Notes: generated from the letters alone by a model not told the origin. Counted from the first letter of the stretch, positions 1-9,168 are shown. The stretch is 45,840 nt of DNA from an uncultured Acidimicrobiales bacterium (GCA_937969565.1 CALBVR010000098.1:1-45840); one strand, 5' to 3'. Translations and numbers: made by a program.

Positions 1-252
1 CTCTCTCGCCTCGAGGGTGAGGAAGCGGCTTGCGGCGACCGTGGCGGTGAAGCCGATGATCGAGAGCACGACGAGGAGGACGAGGTTGGCCGGATCGTCG
101 CGATTGGCCGCGTCGACGGCGATCGCCCCCATGAGCGACACGAGGGTGACGTCCATCGCGATGATGCGGTCGGCGAGATTGGGGCCGCGGAGGAGCCGGA
201 CGGTTCCGCAGAGGCCGGCGAAGAGGAAGCCGATGAGGGCGACGATGATCAT
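1..252 (-). CDS. mrpF: Mrp Na+/H+ antiporter subunit F (3' end runs off the window)
   Basis: Not in the ORF track. Hand translation from ATG at 252 gives MIIVALIGFLFAGLCGTVRLLRGPNLADRIIAMDVTL...LSIIGFTATVAASRFL, with the MrpF GPxxxDR motif. ATGA overlap with the mrpE stop. Confidence 0.9.
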   Translation of the reverse strand, partial: MIIVALIGFLFAGLCGTVRLLRGPNLADRIIAMDVTLVSLMGAIAVDAANRDDPANLVLLVVLSIIGFTATVAASRFLTLEARE

Positions 253-749
253 GCGGTGACTCCGTTCCGGGGGAGGGCTTCGCAGGCGAGGCGGGCGAGT
301 TCCTCGACGTGAGCGACGGTTTCTTCCGCTCGGTCGTGGTGGAGGAGGTGCAGGTAGAGGGTGCACGTGTCGGCGTCGACGTCGACCACGGCGGTTCCCG
401 GGGTGAGCGTGATCGCGACGGTCAGGAGGAGAAGGTGGTTGGCGCTGTCGGCCGGGAGTGGCACTGCGATGACCGACTCTTCTGTGTAGTCGGTGGGCGT
501 GAGGACTTCGAAGGCGACGGACCAGGTGGACTTGGTGAGGTCGACGATGACGTGCCACGAGAGCCGGAGCAGTGCGCCCGGCCGGACCGTGCCGAGTCCG
601 CTGGTGCCGATGCCGGCGATGAGAATGCCGAGCGACAAGGCGAATCCGGACAGAACGTTGGCTGCGGAGAGGTCGCGCCACAGCCCGCACCAGGCGGCGG
701 TGAGCACGATCAGCATGATGATGCGGCGAGGTGTGATCCAGTCGGTCAC
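249..749 (-). CDS. mrpE: Mrp antiporter subunit E
   Basis: ITLTPGT motif and LYLH; expected operon position with 4-bp overlaps. Confidence 0.92.
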   Translation of the reverse strand: MTDWITPRRIIMLIVLTAAWCGLWRDLSAANVLSGFALSLGILIAGIGTSGLGTVRPGALLRLSWHVIVDLTKSTWSVAFEVLTPTDYTEESVIAVPLPADSANHLLLLTVAITLTPGTAVVDVDADTCTLYLHLLHHDRAEETVAHVEELARLACEALPRNGVTA

Positions 750-2236
750 GACAGCACCGCCTCTCGGTAGACCTCGGCGTCGCGCAGGTCATTGGCGGCC
801 CGCTCGCTCAGGTCGAAGAGGGTTCCGGCGAAGATCGAGATGAAGATGGATCCGGCGACGGCGAGTGCGGTGGCCGTGCGCATGAGACGGCGGTTGGCCT
901 TCGTTTCGGTCGGCGTGTCGGGAAGGGCGTCGGGATCGGGGTCGGGTCCCCAGAACACGCCGAGCCAGATCTTGGTCATGGAGAGCAGCGTGAGCGCACC
1001 GGCGACGAGCGCCGCAGTGACGACGAGCGGATGGGCGGACTCGACTCCGGCCGAGATGACGGAGAGTTTGGCGATGAAGCCGGAGAACGGCGGCAGGCCG
1101 GCGAGGCTGAGGGCCGGGATCGCGAAGAGGGCGGCGATGAGCGGCCGGCGACGGGCCAGCCCGCCGCTGCGTTCGAGCGAGCTGGTGCCCTGATCGTTCT
1201 CGATGAGGCCACCGACGAGGAACAACACGGTCTTCACCGGCATGTGATGGAGCAGGAAGAGGATGGCACCGGTGGTGCCGGCTGCCGTGAACAGGCCGAG
1301 TCCCATGAGCATGTAGCCGATCTGGCTGATGATGTGGAACGACAGGATGCGTTTCACGTTGCCCTGTGCGAGTGCGCCGACGGCACCGATGATCATGGTG
1401 AGTCCGGCGAGGATCAACATGACGGGACCGAGCTCGTCCATCCCCATGAGGGTGTGGAATCGGATCATCGAGTAGATGCCGATCTTGGTGAGGAGCCCGG
1501 CGAAGATGGCGGTGATGGTCGTGGGTGCGGTCGGGTAGGAGTCCGGCAGCCAGGAGAAGAGTGGGAAGACGGCGGCCTTGCTTCCGAACACGACGAAGAA
1601 CCAGGCGCCGATGCCGATGCGAACCCCGGAGGACAGTTCGGGGATGCGTTCGGTGAGCAGGGCGAGGTTGACCGTGCCGGTGGCGGCGTAGACGAAGGCC
1701 AGTCCGAAGAGGAAGAGGGTGGAGGCGAAGAGGTTCATCGCCACGTAGGTCATGCCGGATTGGATCTGGCCTCGTCGGCCCTGATGGGTGAGGAGCACGT
1801 AGCTGGAGACGAGGATGAGCTCGAAGGCGACGAAGAGGGTGAACAAGTCGCCCGTGAGCATGGCGAGCGAGACGCCGGCGGCCAGGACGGACAGCAGCGG
1901 TCCGGCCAGTTCGGGGTTGGCGCCCCAGGCGGTGCGGCGCTGGCCGATGGCGAACAGTTCGACGATGAAGATGAGGGAGAGCGCGACGGGCAGGGCGAGC
2001 GACGCGAAGAGGTCGGCGACGAGCACGATGCCGAGCTCGGGGTCCCAATCTCCGACGCGCACGACGTGGGTGCCGTCGTGGTGGACGCCGTTGAGCATGA
2101 ACATCGAGGCCCCGGCGGCGACGCCGAGTCCGATGATGGTCAGGACGTCTCGCGCGATGGGCAAGCGACGGGCGGCCAGTGCTCCAGCGGCGGCGAGGAG
2201 CGGTGCGAGGATGGTGAGGCTGACGAGGGTCGTCAT
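746..2236 (-). CDS. mrpD: Mrp antiporter subunit D
   Basis: 496 aa NuoM/N-like membrane protein with GDLFTLFVAFE, WLPDSYP, GLLTKIG and SLAGLPPFSGF motifs. Confidence 0.95.
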   Translation of the reverse strand: MTTLVSLTILAPLLAAAGALAARRLPIARDVLTIIGLGVAAGASMFMLNGVHHDGTHVVRVGDWDPELGIVLVADLFASLALPVALSLIFIVELFAIGQRRTAWGANPELAGPLLSVLAAGVSLAMLTGDLFTLFVAFELILVSSYVLLTHQGRRGQIQSGMTYVAMNLFASTLFLFGLAFVYAATGTVNLALLTERIPELSSGVRIGIGAWFFVVFGSKAAVFPLFSWLPDSYPTAPTTITAIFAGLLTKIGIYSMIRFHTLMGMDELGPVMLILAGLTMIIGAVGALAQGNVKRILSFHIISQIGYMLMGLGLFTAAGTTGAILFLLHHMPVKTVLFLVGGLIENDQGTSSLERSGGLARRRPLIAALFAIPALSLAGLPPFSGFIAKLSVISAGVESAHPLVVTAALVAGALTLLSMTKIWLGVFWGPDPDPDALPDTPTETKANRRLMRTATALAVAGSIFISIFAGTLFDLSERAANDLRDAEVYREAVLS

Positions 2237-2604
2237 TCGTCGTCCTCCTCGTTCGCGGCGAGGGTGGCGATGCGAAGGTCCTCGAGGTCGTCTTCGACGA
2301 GGTCGTCGCCGGTGAGGGCCTGCTGGCGGCGGGCGAGTGCGAGCAGGTAGAGGGTCAGGCCGAAGCTGATGACGATGGCCGTGAGTGCGAGTGCCTGGGG
2401 GAGCGGGTTGGCGATCGTTTCGGCGTCGTTCTGATTGGCCAGCGGGGCTTCGCCGGCCGGGCCGCCAGCGGTGAGCAGGGCGAGGACGGCGGCGTGTCCG
2501 AGCAGCGAGAAGCCGAGGATGATCCGGCTGAGCGAACGAGCGGTGATGAGGTAGATGCCGACGGTGGTGAGCCCGCCGATGGCGAGCAGGAGGGAGATGC
2601 TCAT
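2233..2604 (-). CDS. mrpC: Mrp antiporter subunit C
   Basis: True start MSISLLLAIGG at 2604 (ATGA overlap with mrpB stop); NPLPQALALTAIVISF motif. The 319-aa track ORF has a spurious N-terminal extension. Confidence 0.93.
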   Translation of the reverse strand: MSISLLLAIGGLTTVGIYLITARSLSRIILGFSLLGHAAVLALLTAGGPAGEAPLANQNDAETIANPLPQALALTAIVISFGLTLYLLALARRQQALTGDDLVEDDLEDLRIATLAANEEDDE

Positions 2605-3059
2605 GGCGAGGTCTCCGTCGACTCGCGGCGACGTTCGTGCTCGGAGGTGGTGATGGCGCCGACGCCGAGCCCGTCGAGCAGGGCCAGGACGAGCGCGACG
2701 ACGATCGCGGTCACGCCGAGGTCGAAGGGAAGTGCCGAACCGGACTTGAGCTTTCCGAGCACGGGGACCTCGATCGAGCCGATCGCCTGGTCGAGCACGG
2801 TGTCTCCCCACAGCAGGGGTGCTGCGGCGACGGCGATGACGATGAAGATGCCGGCAGACAGCAGTGGGATGGCGTGGGTGGGTCGTTGGAGTCCGGCGAT
2901 GGTGCGGAGGGTGACGACGGCGCCGAACACGAGCCCAGCCGCGAACCCTCCACCGGGAGCGTTGTGCCCGGCAAAGAAGAGGTAGAAGCCGACGAGGACG
3001 GCGAGGGGTGTGGCGGTGCGAATGCCGAGCTGCACGACGGGTGAGCGGTTGCCGATCAT
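2601..3059 (-). CDS. mrpB: Mrp antiporter subunit B
   Basis: GHNAPGGGFAAG and FDLGV motifs. Confidence 0.93.
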   Translation of the reverse strand: MIGNRSPVVQLGIRTATPLAVLVGFYLFFAGHNAPGGGFAAGLVFGAVVTLRTIAGLQRPTHAIPLLSAGIFIVIAVAAAPLLWGDTVLDQAIGSIEVPVLGKLKSGSALPFDLGVTAIVVALVLALLDGLGVGAITTSEHERRRESTETSP

Positions 3060-5338
3060 GTCGTGGCCTCGGTGTCGCTGGTGTTGGCGAGTGCGAGGAT
3101 GCCCAGTGCGACGACGGCGAGCACGACGACTTCGCCGAGGGTGTCGAGTGCTCGGAGGTCGGTGAGGATGACGTTGACGATGTTGTTGCCACCGCCTTCT
3201 TCGACTGCGGCTTCAGCGAGTTGTTCGATCGGCGGGGTTCCGCTGGGGTTGCTGGCCGATGCGGCGAGGCCGAACATGACGCCGACGCCGCAGAGGACGG
3301 ACACGCCGACTCGGACGCCCTTCCATGTTGCGTGGGCGGAGGGGAAGCTGCGGCCGAGGTGGCCGAGGCCGAGCACGAAGCCGACGACGATGATCGTTTC
3401 GACGAGCAGCTGGGTGAGCGCGAGGTCGGGTGCGCCGTGCACGACGAAGAGCCCGGTGACGCCGAGGCCGACGGCGCCGAGGGTGAGGGCGGCGCCGAGG
3501 CGGGAGTTCACGAATGCGCCGGCAGCTGCGGCGCCGATGATGGCGACGGCGAGCGCGCCCTGGAAGGCGTTGTCCCAGAGCACGAGGCTGTCGGTGTCGA
3601 CCTCGCGAACGAAGGGGATGGTGGCGGTGAGGGCGACGAGGCCCATGGTGGCGAGGTAGACGGGCAGGGATCCGTGTTGGATGCGGGCGATGGGCTGCGG
3701 GGCCCAGGCGAGGAAGCGGTCCAGGCCATGATCGACGAGGTCGGCGCCGCGGGCTCCGGGCGCCGGCTGATCAACGCGTCGCAGAATGAACAGGCCGAGG
3801 GCGACGCCCACGGCGACGATGGCGGCGGAGACGAGGAACGCGGTGGTGATGCCGGGCCAGCGGTAGAGGGAGTAGACGTCGGCTTTGGCGTTGATCTCGA
3901 CGGCGGCGGGTCCGACGATTCCGTTCACGGCGTTGATGGCGATGTAGCCGACGATGCTGCCGAGGCCGAGCACGGTGGTGGCGATGGTCATCGCGGGTCG
4001 GCGGGGTGCGACGGTGGTGTCGGGTCCGGCGCCGAACGTTCCGAGCAGGAAGCGGGTCGTGTAGGCGACGGTGATGACCGAGCCGACGATGATGCTGGTG
4101 GAGACGATGAGTGCGTCGGTTCCGCTGAGTTTCAGCGCGGCCTCGACGGCGGCCTCCTTGGCGGCGAATCCGAGCAGCGGTGGCACGCCGGCCATCGAGA
4201 GTCCGGACACCACGGCGACGGCGGTGGCGATCGGCATGGTGCGGGAGAGACCACCGAGTTCGCGGATGTCCCTGGTGCCGGTGCGAATGTCGATTTCGCC
4301 GACGACGGCGAAGAGCGCTGCTTTGAAGATGGCATGGGCGAAGAGGATGGAGATGGCGGCGAAGGTCGCCTTTGCTGTACCGACGCTCAGGAGGGTGACG
4401 AGCAGGCCGAGCTGGGAGATGGTTCCCCAGGCGAGGATGAGCTTGGCGTCCTGATGACGCAGGGAGGTGATGCCGCCCCACAGCATCGAGCTGATCCCGA
4501 GTGCGAGGCCGACGACCTTCCAGGTGGTGACGTCGGTGAATGCGGGTCCGGTGATGGCAAGGAGGAGGACGCCGGCCTTCACCATGGTTGCCGAGTGGAG
4601 GTAGGCGCTGACGGGCGTGGGCGCCTTCATTGCGCCGGGGAGCCAGACGTGGAACGGGACCTGGGCGGACTTGGTGGCCACGCCACCGAGGATGAGGAGT
4701 GCCGCGACCCATGCTCGACCGCCGTCGATCGGTGCGAGGTCGGTGAGGGAGGTCGTGCCGGACTCGGCGCCGAGGATGAGGAGGCCGGCGAGCAGCGAGA
4801 GTCCGCCGGCGCCGGTGATCATCAGCGCGCGCCGGGCGGCGTCACGGACCGAGGCGTCGACGTCTTTGTGTCCGACCAGAAGGAAGGAGGTGATGGAGGT
4901 GAACTCCCAGAAGATGAAGAGGGTCCAGATCGAGTCGGCGAGGACGAGTCCGAGCATCGAAGTGGAGAAGGCGAGCAGCGCAGCGGTCATCCGGGGCATC
5001 TGGGCACTGCTGGTGGAGAAGTAGCCCATTGCGTAGACGAGCACGAGCGTGCCGATGCCGGACACGAGGAGGGTCATCAGGAGTGCGATGGCGTCGGCCC
5101 GGAAGCGCACACCGACGTCGAGTCCCTCGACCCACATGAGTTCGGTGACGAAGGGGTTGGTCGAGTCGATGAGGAGCACGCTGGCCCAGATGGCGGTGAG
5201 CGCTGGAGCGATGGCGGCGACGCCGAGGCCGGCCCGGTGGTCGAAGCGGGCAACCCACGCGGAGAGTGGAACGGCGAGCAGGTGCAGGACCAGCAAGGTC
5301 CACAGGATCGAGCCGCTGGCCAGGTCGTCGGCAGACAT
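3056..5338 (-). CDS. mrpA: Mrp antiporter subunit A
   Basis: 760 aa; TKSAQVPFHVWLPGAMKAPTPVSAYLHSATMVKAG, APDLALTQ and NIVNVILTDLRALDTLGE motifs; RBS AAGGAG upstream. Confidence 0.95.
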   Translation of the reverse strand: MSADDLASGSILWTLLVLHLLAVPLSAWVARFDHRAGLGVAAIAPALTAIWASVLLIDSTNPFVTELMWVEGLDVGVRFRADAIALLMTLLVSGIGTLVLVYAMGYFSTSSAQMPRMTAALLAFSTSMLGLVLADSIWTLFIFWEFTSITSFLLVGHKDVDASVRDAARRALMITGAGGLSLLAGLLILGAESGTTSLTDLAPIDGGRAWVAALLILGGVATKSAQVPFHVWLPGAMKAPTPVSAYLHSATMVKAGVLLLAITGPAFTDVTTWKVVGLALGISSMLWGGITSLRHQDAKLILAWGTISQLGLLVTLLSVGTAKATFAAISILFAHAIFKAALFAVVGEIDIRTGTRDIRELGGLSRTMPIATAVAVVSGLSMAGVPPLLGFAAKEAAVEAALKLSGTDALIVSTSIIVGSVITVAYTTRFLLGTFGAGPDTTVAPRRPAMTIATTVLGLGSIVGYIAINAVNGIVGPAAVEINAKADVYSLYRWPGITTAFLVSAAIVAVGVALGLFILRRVDQPAPGARGADLVDHGLDRFLAWAPQPIARIQHGSLPVYLATMGLVALTATIPFVREVDTDSLVLWDNAFQGALAVAIIGAAAAGAFVNSRLGAALTLGAVGLGVTGLFVVHGAPDLALTQLLVETIIVVGFVLGLGHLGRSFPSAHATWKGVRVGVSVLCGVGVMFGLAASASNPSGTPPIEQLAEAAVEEGGGNNIVNVILTDLRALDTLGEVVVLAVVALGILALANTSDTEATT

Positions 5339-5480
5339 GTCGGCTCGCTCCTTTCAGGTGGGGGGGGGTTGAGGAACACCGAGAGGGGCCAGGCCCTTCC
5401 AAGATCATTCATACTACTTTCAAAAGGGACGTTTCGAACCGTGTGATGGTCATTCTCCTAAATATTCTCCCCAAAAAGAA

Positions 5481-5509
5481 TTGACCTTTAAATTAAGGTA
5501 TGTTTCAAT
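5481..5509 (+). promoter_or_regulatory. Candidate promoter of the sigma gene (TTGACC-17-TTCAAT) with an overlapping near-palindrome ACCTTtAAaTTAAGGT (5484-5499)
   Basis: AT-rich intergenic region; the putative -10 ends 6 nt before ATG 5516, consistent with a leaderless start. The -10 is an imperfect match. Confidence 0.5.
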
Positions 5510-5515
5510 AGGGGC

Positions 5516-6298
5516 ATGAACACACGAACCGTTTCCAACACCGGGTTGCTCTCGCCTGCGGAAGAGGTGCGTCTCGCCCGTCTCATGCGTCTCGGCAGCG
5601 ATGCCGAGAGCGCAATCAACGACGGTCGCGGCACCGCCGATGACCGAGCAGCAGCCGCCCGCGGCCGGCGGGCCCGCCATCGGTTCATCGAGGCCAACCT
5701 CGGCCTCGTCCACTCGATGGCGCGTCGCTTCGGTCGCCCCCGCCACGTCTCGCTCGACGACGTGGTGCAGGACGGCATGATCGGCCTGCACGTCGCAGTG
5801 GATCGCTTCGACCCAGACGCGGGATTCCGATTCTCCACCTATGCAAGCTGGTGGATTCGCCAGACCATGCAGAAGGGGCTCGAGGTTTCGGCTGGGCCGA
5901 TCCGCATTCCCCACGCGGTGCGTTCGGCGTCGCTCGGCGACCCGGAGGATCCCTCGGATTCGACGTCGCTCGAGGCGCTGGCCCGCACGGCCGGCCGTGT
6001 CGACAGCATCGATGCGGTTCCCGGCTGGTCGGACTCGGTTGCGTGCACGGAGTCTTCGGACCCGGGCATGGCGGCGGTCGAGGGCGTGCTCATGGAGCGA
6101 ATCGGTGAGGAACTGGATCAGCTCGACCCGCTGACCCGACGTCAGTTGGATCGCTGGTTCGGCATCGATGGCCAGGAGTCGGAGTCGCTACGGCGGATTG
6201 CTGCCAACGAAGGCATGTCGGCGACTGCGGTGCGCAAGCGGATCGAGAAGGGGCTGGACCAGTTGCGTCACAGCTGCAACCTGGTGCCCGCCGCCTGA
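5516..6298 (+). CDS. RpoD/SigB-like sigma-70 family factor (short, divergent)
   Basis: LLSPAEEVRLA (region 1.2), FIEANLGLV, AVDRFDPDAGFRFSTYASWWIRQ (region 2) and a C-terminal region-4 HTH. Confidence 0.92.
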   Translation: MNTRTVSNTGLLSPAEEVRLARLMRLGSDAESAINDGRGTADDRAAAARGRRARHRFIEANLGLVHSMARRFGRPRHVSLDDVVQDGMIGLHVAVDRFDPDAGFRFSTYASWWIRQTMQKGLEVSAGPIRIPHAVRSASLGDPEDPSDSTSLEALARTAGRVDSIDAVPGWSDSVACTESSDPGMAAVEGVLMERIGEELDQLDPLTRRQLDRWFGIDGQESESLRRIAANEGMSATAVRKRIEKGLDQLRHSCNLVPAA

Positions 6299-6320
6299 GA
6301 CTTCGCTCGAATTCCCTCGA

Positions 6321-6352
6321 CCCGGTCAGATCTCCCCTCCAATCTGACTGGG
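6321..6352 (+). terminator. Hairpin after the sigma gene (CCCGGTCAGAT-N10-ATCTGACTGGG)
   Basis: 11-bp stem with one G-U pair, 22 nt past the stop; weak U-tract. Confidence 0.5.
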
Positions 6353-6362
6353 TTGTTGGGCG

Positions 6363-6384
6363 TTTTCAGAAAGTGATCTGAAAA
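6363..6384. promoter_or_regulatory. Perfect inverted repeat TTTTCAGA-N6-TCTGAAAA, candidate operator
   Basis: AT-rich 8-bp dyad upstream of candidate promoter TTTACA-16-TATGGT (6406-6433) for the USP/antiporter genes. Confidence 0.5.
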
Positions 6385-6458
6385 AGCAGCTGTTCAAATA
6401 GCATGTTTACAAAGTATCTATTTCATGTATGGTCTTAGTAGGACGAAGGAGGACATGC

Positions 6459-6965
6459 ATGGAACAGAACGTGATGAACGACACTGGCCGGCCTCCCTTG
6501 ATCGTGGTCGGTTTCAAGGACGCAGCCCGCTCATCGGCCGCGCTTCGGTGGAGCATCGAGCGAAGCCGAATGAACGGCGCATCCATTCGCGTGGTGCATG
6601 CCTCGGCCTTTCCCATCACCGCCCATGACGGGCCCTCCGCCGCCGTTGCCCAACGGCTGAGCAACCCGAGCTGGGCCACCCTCCACTCCACCGTGGCGGC
6701 CTTCGATCCCCCACACGACGTGCACACGGTCGCCGATCAGGGTCGGTCGATCGATGTGATTCGCCGTTGGTCGAAGGACGCCACCGTGGTGGTGCTCGGT
6801 CGGGCTCGGAAGGCCGGATGGCGCCGCTCGCTCGCCGACCGGGTCCGGGGCTCGCTCGATGTACCCGTGCTCGAGATCGATGAAACCGACCTCGGGGTCA
6901 TCGACCTCGCCCCCGCCCGCGCCCGCCGCGCTCCCTCGAACGACGAAGGACGGATCTCCTCATGA
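6459..6965 (+). CDS. Universal stress protein (USP)-like protein
   Basis: IVVGFKD...SAALRWS...IRVVHA...VVVLGR...VPVLEI USP pattern; RBS AAGGAGG at 6446-6452. Confidence 0.75.
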   Translation: MEQNVMNDTGRPPLIVVGFKDAARSSAALRWSIERSRMNGASIRVVHASAFPITAHDGPSAAVAQRLSNPSWATLHSTVAAFDPPHDVHTVADQGRSIDVIRRWSKDATVVVLGRARKAGWRRSLADRVRGSLDVPVLEIDETDLGVIDLAPARARRAPSNDEGRISS

Positions 6966-9109
6966 ATCTCAATCCCCCCTCTGAACATCAACTGCTCGTC
7001 TTCTGGGTGGGTCTGCTCGTCATCTTCGTGACCGCCAAGCTCTTCGGCATGGCGATGAAGCGGATCGGCCAACCCGCCGTCGTCGGCGAACTGGCCGCCG
7101 GCCTCGTCCTCGGACCATCGATCCTCGGCCGGATCTCGCCGGACATCACCGGTTGGCTGTTCCCGGACGACGACGCCCAAACGGCGATGCTCTTCACGGT
7201 CGGCTGGATCGGCGTGCTCCTCCTGCTCGTCGCCACCGGGTTCGAGACGGACCTCGGCCTGATACGGCGACTGGGTTCGGCGGCCACCGCAGTGTCCGCC
7301 GGATCGCTGCTCGTCCCGATGGCGGCTGGACTCGCCGTGGGCTGGTTCATCCCCGCGGCCTTTCTCGGCGACGACACGAGCCGTCTGGTCTTCGCGCTCT
7401 TCATCGCCACCGCGCTGTCGATCTCCTCGCTGCCGGTCATCGCCAAGATCCTCGGCGAGATGGGACTGATGCGTCGGAACTTCGGGCAGCTGACGCTGGC
7501 CGCCGGCATGGCGAACGACGTGATCGGCTGGATCGCACTCGGCTTCATCGCCGGCCTCGCCCAGGCCGGTGGTGTGAAGCTCGACAAGCTGGCGATCACG
7601 CTCGTCGGGCTCACCGCCTTCTTCCTCTTCGCATTCACGATCGGTCAGCGACTCGTGGACCGTGGTCTCCGTTCGGTACGCGCCGGCGGCGACAACCCGG
7701 TGGCCGCGACCGGCGTGATCCTGTTGACGGCGCTCTCGTTTGGTGTGGTCACCCAGTGGCTCCACGTCGAGGCCGTGCTCGGGGCGTTCGTCGCCGGCGT
7801 GATCGTCGCCCGTTCGAGGTTTGCCGATCACAAGTTGGTCGAGCCGATCGAGACGATGACCACGGCGATCTTCGCCCCCGTCTTCTTTGCGACCGCCGGC
7901 CTCCGAGTCGACCTCGGCCTGCTGTTCGACATCGAAACGCTCATCTGGGGTGTCATCGTGTTGGTGGCGGCCTCGCTCTCCAAGTTCTTCGGTTCGCTCA
8001 TCGGTGCGGCGGCCGTGGGGCTCAGCAACCGTGAAGGTGCGGCCCTCGGTGTGGGATTGAATGCCCGAGGCGCATTGGAAATCGTGATCGCCACCGTGGG
8101 GCTTTCGCTCGGTGTGCTGAACGATCGCTCGTACACCGTGATCGTGCTGATGGCGATGGCCACGTCCATGTTCGCCCCACCGATGCTGCGCAAGGTGCTG
8201 GGCGGTTGGGAAGGCTCGACCGAGGAGCGCAAGCGCCTCGAGACAGAAAAGCAGTTGGATGCGAACATCGTCGTTCGCGGTGGCGCGGTTCTGCTCCCGA
8301 CCCGCGGTGGTCTGTCCTCGTTGCTCGCCGCCCAGGTGGTCGACCTGGCCTGGCCCAAGTCGACGGAGATCACGTTGCTCACTGTGGGCGACGATCGTGG
8401 CGTCGACGTGCAGGCGTTCCGAAACGTCTTCCACGGACGCACGGTTCGACATGAGTTCGCGGGCTCCGACGTGGGGCTGGTGGAGGCCGTGGCCGCGGAG
8501 GCGAAACTTGGCTACGACGCCATCGTCGTCGGGTCCTCCACTCGGGTTGATGCAGAGCATCTCCTGTCCCCGGCCGTCGATGCGATCATGATGGCCTCGA
8601 CCATCCCGACGGTGGTGGTGCGGAGGCCGAAGAATCTCGACCAGCTGCCATGGGCGTTCGGTCGCGCGATCGTTCCGATCTCGGGCCGCTCGTCGGCTCG
8701 GGCCGCGCAGGAGATCGCCGGCTACCTCTCGTCATCGATCGGCACGGATCTCCAACAGGTGCACGTCGCGGCGCCGGTGTCTGCGGCGGGTGCGCTTCTG
8801 CCCCGCGAGTCCGCCCGGACGCGTGACGTCGTCCAGCGAGCCGAGGAATTGGCCACGGTTCTGGGCGCGAACTCGTCGACGTGGGTGGCGCATCACGAGA
8901 ACACGGCGACCGCGATCGCCGATGCGGCAACCGAACTGCGGGCCGACATGGTCGTCGCCGCGGGAACCGTGCGAAGGATCGGCGACCACCCCTATCTGGG
9001 TGACACGGTGCAGGATCTGATCCGTTCCACGACGACCTCCTTGATCATCGTTGCCACGCCGGATCCGCACCGCGCCGAGCCGACGGAGCACGAGGCGGTG
9101 GCTCAGTGA
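6962..9109 (+). CDS. Cation:proton antiporter (CPA2/Kef-like) with C-terminal USP-like domains
   Basis: GQPAVVGELAAGLVLGPS, SISSLPVIAKIL, ANDVIGW, GLNARGALE motifs; ~300-aa soluble tail with two USP-like alpha/beta units (LLPTRGG...PTVVVR; IVPISG...LIIV). Confidence 0.9.
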   Translation: MNLNPPSEHQLLVFWVGLLVIFVTAKLFGMAMKRIGQPAVVGELAAGLVLGPSILGRISPDITGWLFPDDDAQTAMLFTVGWIGVLLLLVATGFETDLGLIRRLGSAATAVSAGSLLVPMAAGLAVGWFIPAAFLGDDTSRLVFALFIATALSISSLPVIAKILGEMGLMRRNFGQLTLAAGMANDVIGWIALGFIAGLAQAGGVKLDKLAITLVGLTAFFLFAFTIGQRLVDRGLRSVRAGGDNPVAATGVILLTALSFGVVTQWLHVEAVLGAFVAGVIVARSRFADHKLVEPIETMTTAIFAPVFFATAGLRVDLGLLFDIETLIWGVIVLVAASLSKFFGSLIGAAAVGLSNREGAALGVGLNARGALEIVIATVGLSLGVLNDRSYTVIVLMAMATSMFAPPMLRKVLGGWEGSTEERKRLETEKQLDANIVVRGGAVLLPTRGGLSSLLAAQVVDLAWPKSTEITLLTVGDDRGVDVQAFRNVFHGRTVRHEFAGSDVGLVEAVAAEAKLGYDAIVVGSSTRVDAEHLLSPAVDAIMMASTIPTVVVRRPKNLDQLPWAFGRAIVPISGRSSARAAQEIAGYLSSSIGTDLQQVHVAAPVSAAGALLPRESARTRDVVQRAEELATVLGANSSTWVAHHENTATAIADAATELRADMVVAAGTVRRIGDHPYLGDTVQDLIRSTTTSLIIVATPDPHRAEPTEHEAVAQ

Positions 9110-9168
9110 GCGTGATGACTCAAACATCCCTGTCGAAAAGCAGACATTGGAACAGGTATGGTCCAGAG

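Noticed and set aside
2605..3192. 319-aa version of MrpC
   Set aside because: The extension is an alternate frame of mrpB/mrpA; ATGA coupling fixes the start at 2604.
3008..5446. Long antisense or alternate-frame ORFs (812 aa here; also 6737-8560, 17913-20102, 20192-21754, 21913-23715, 35152-36795)
   Set aside because: Shadow ORFs of high-GC genes, with no recognisable motifs and largely overlapping well-supported CDS.
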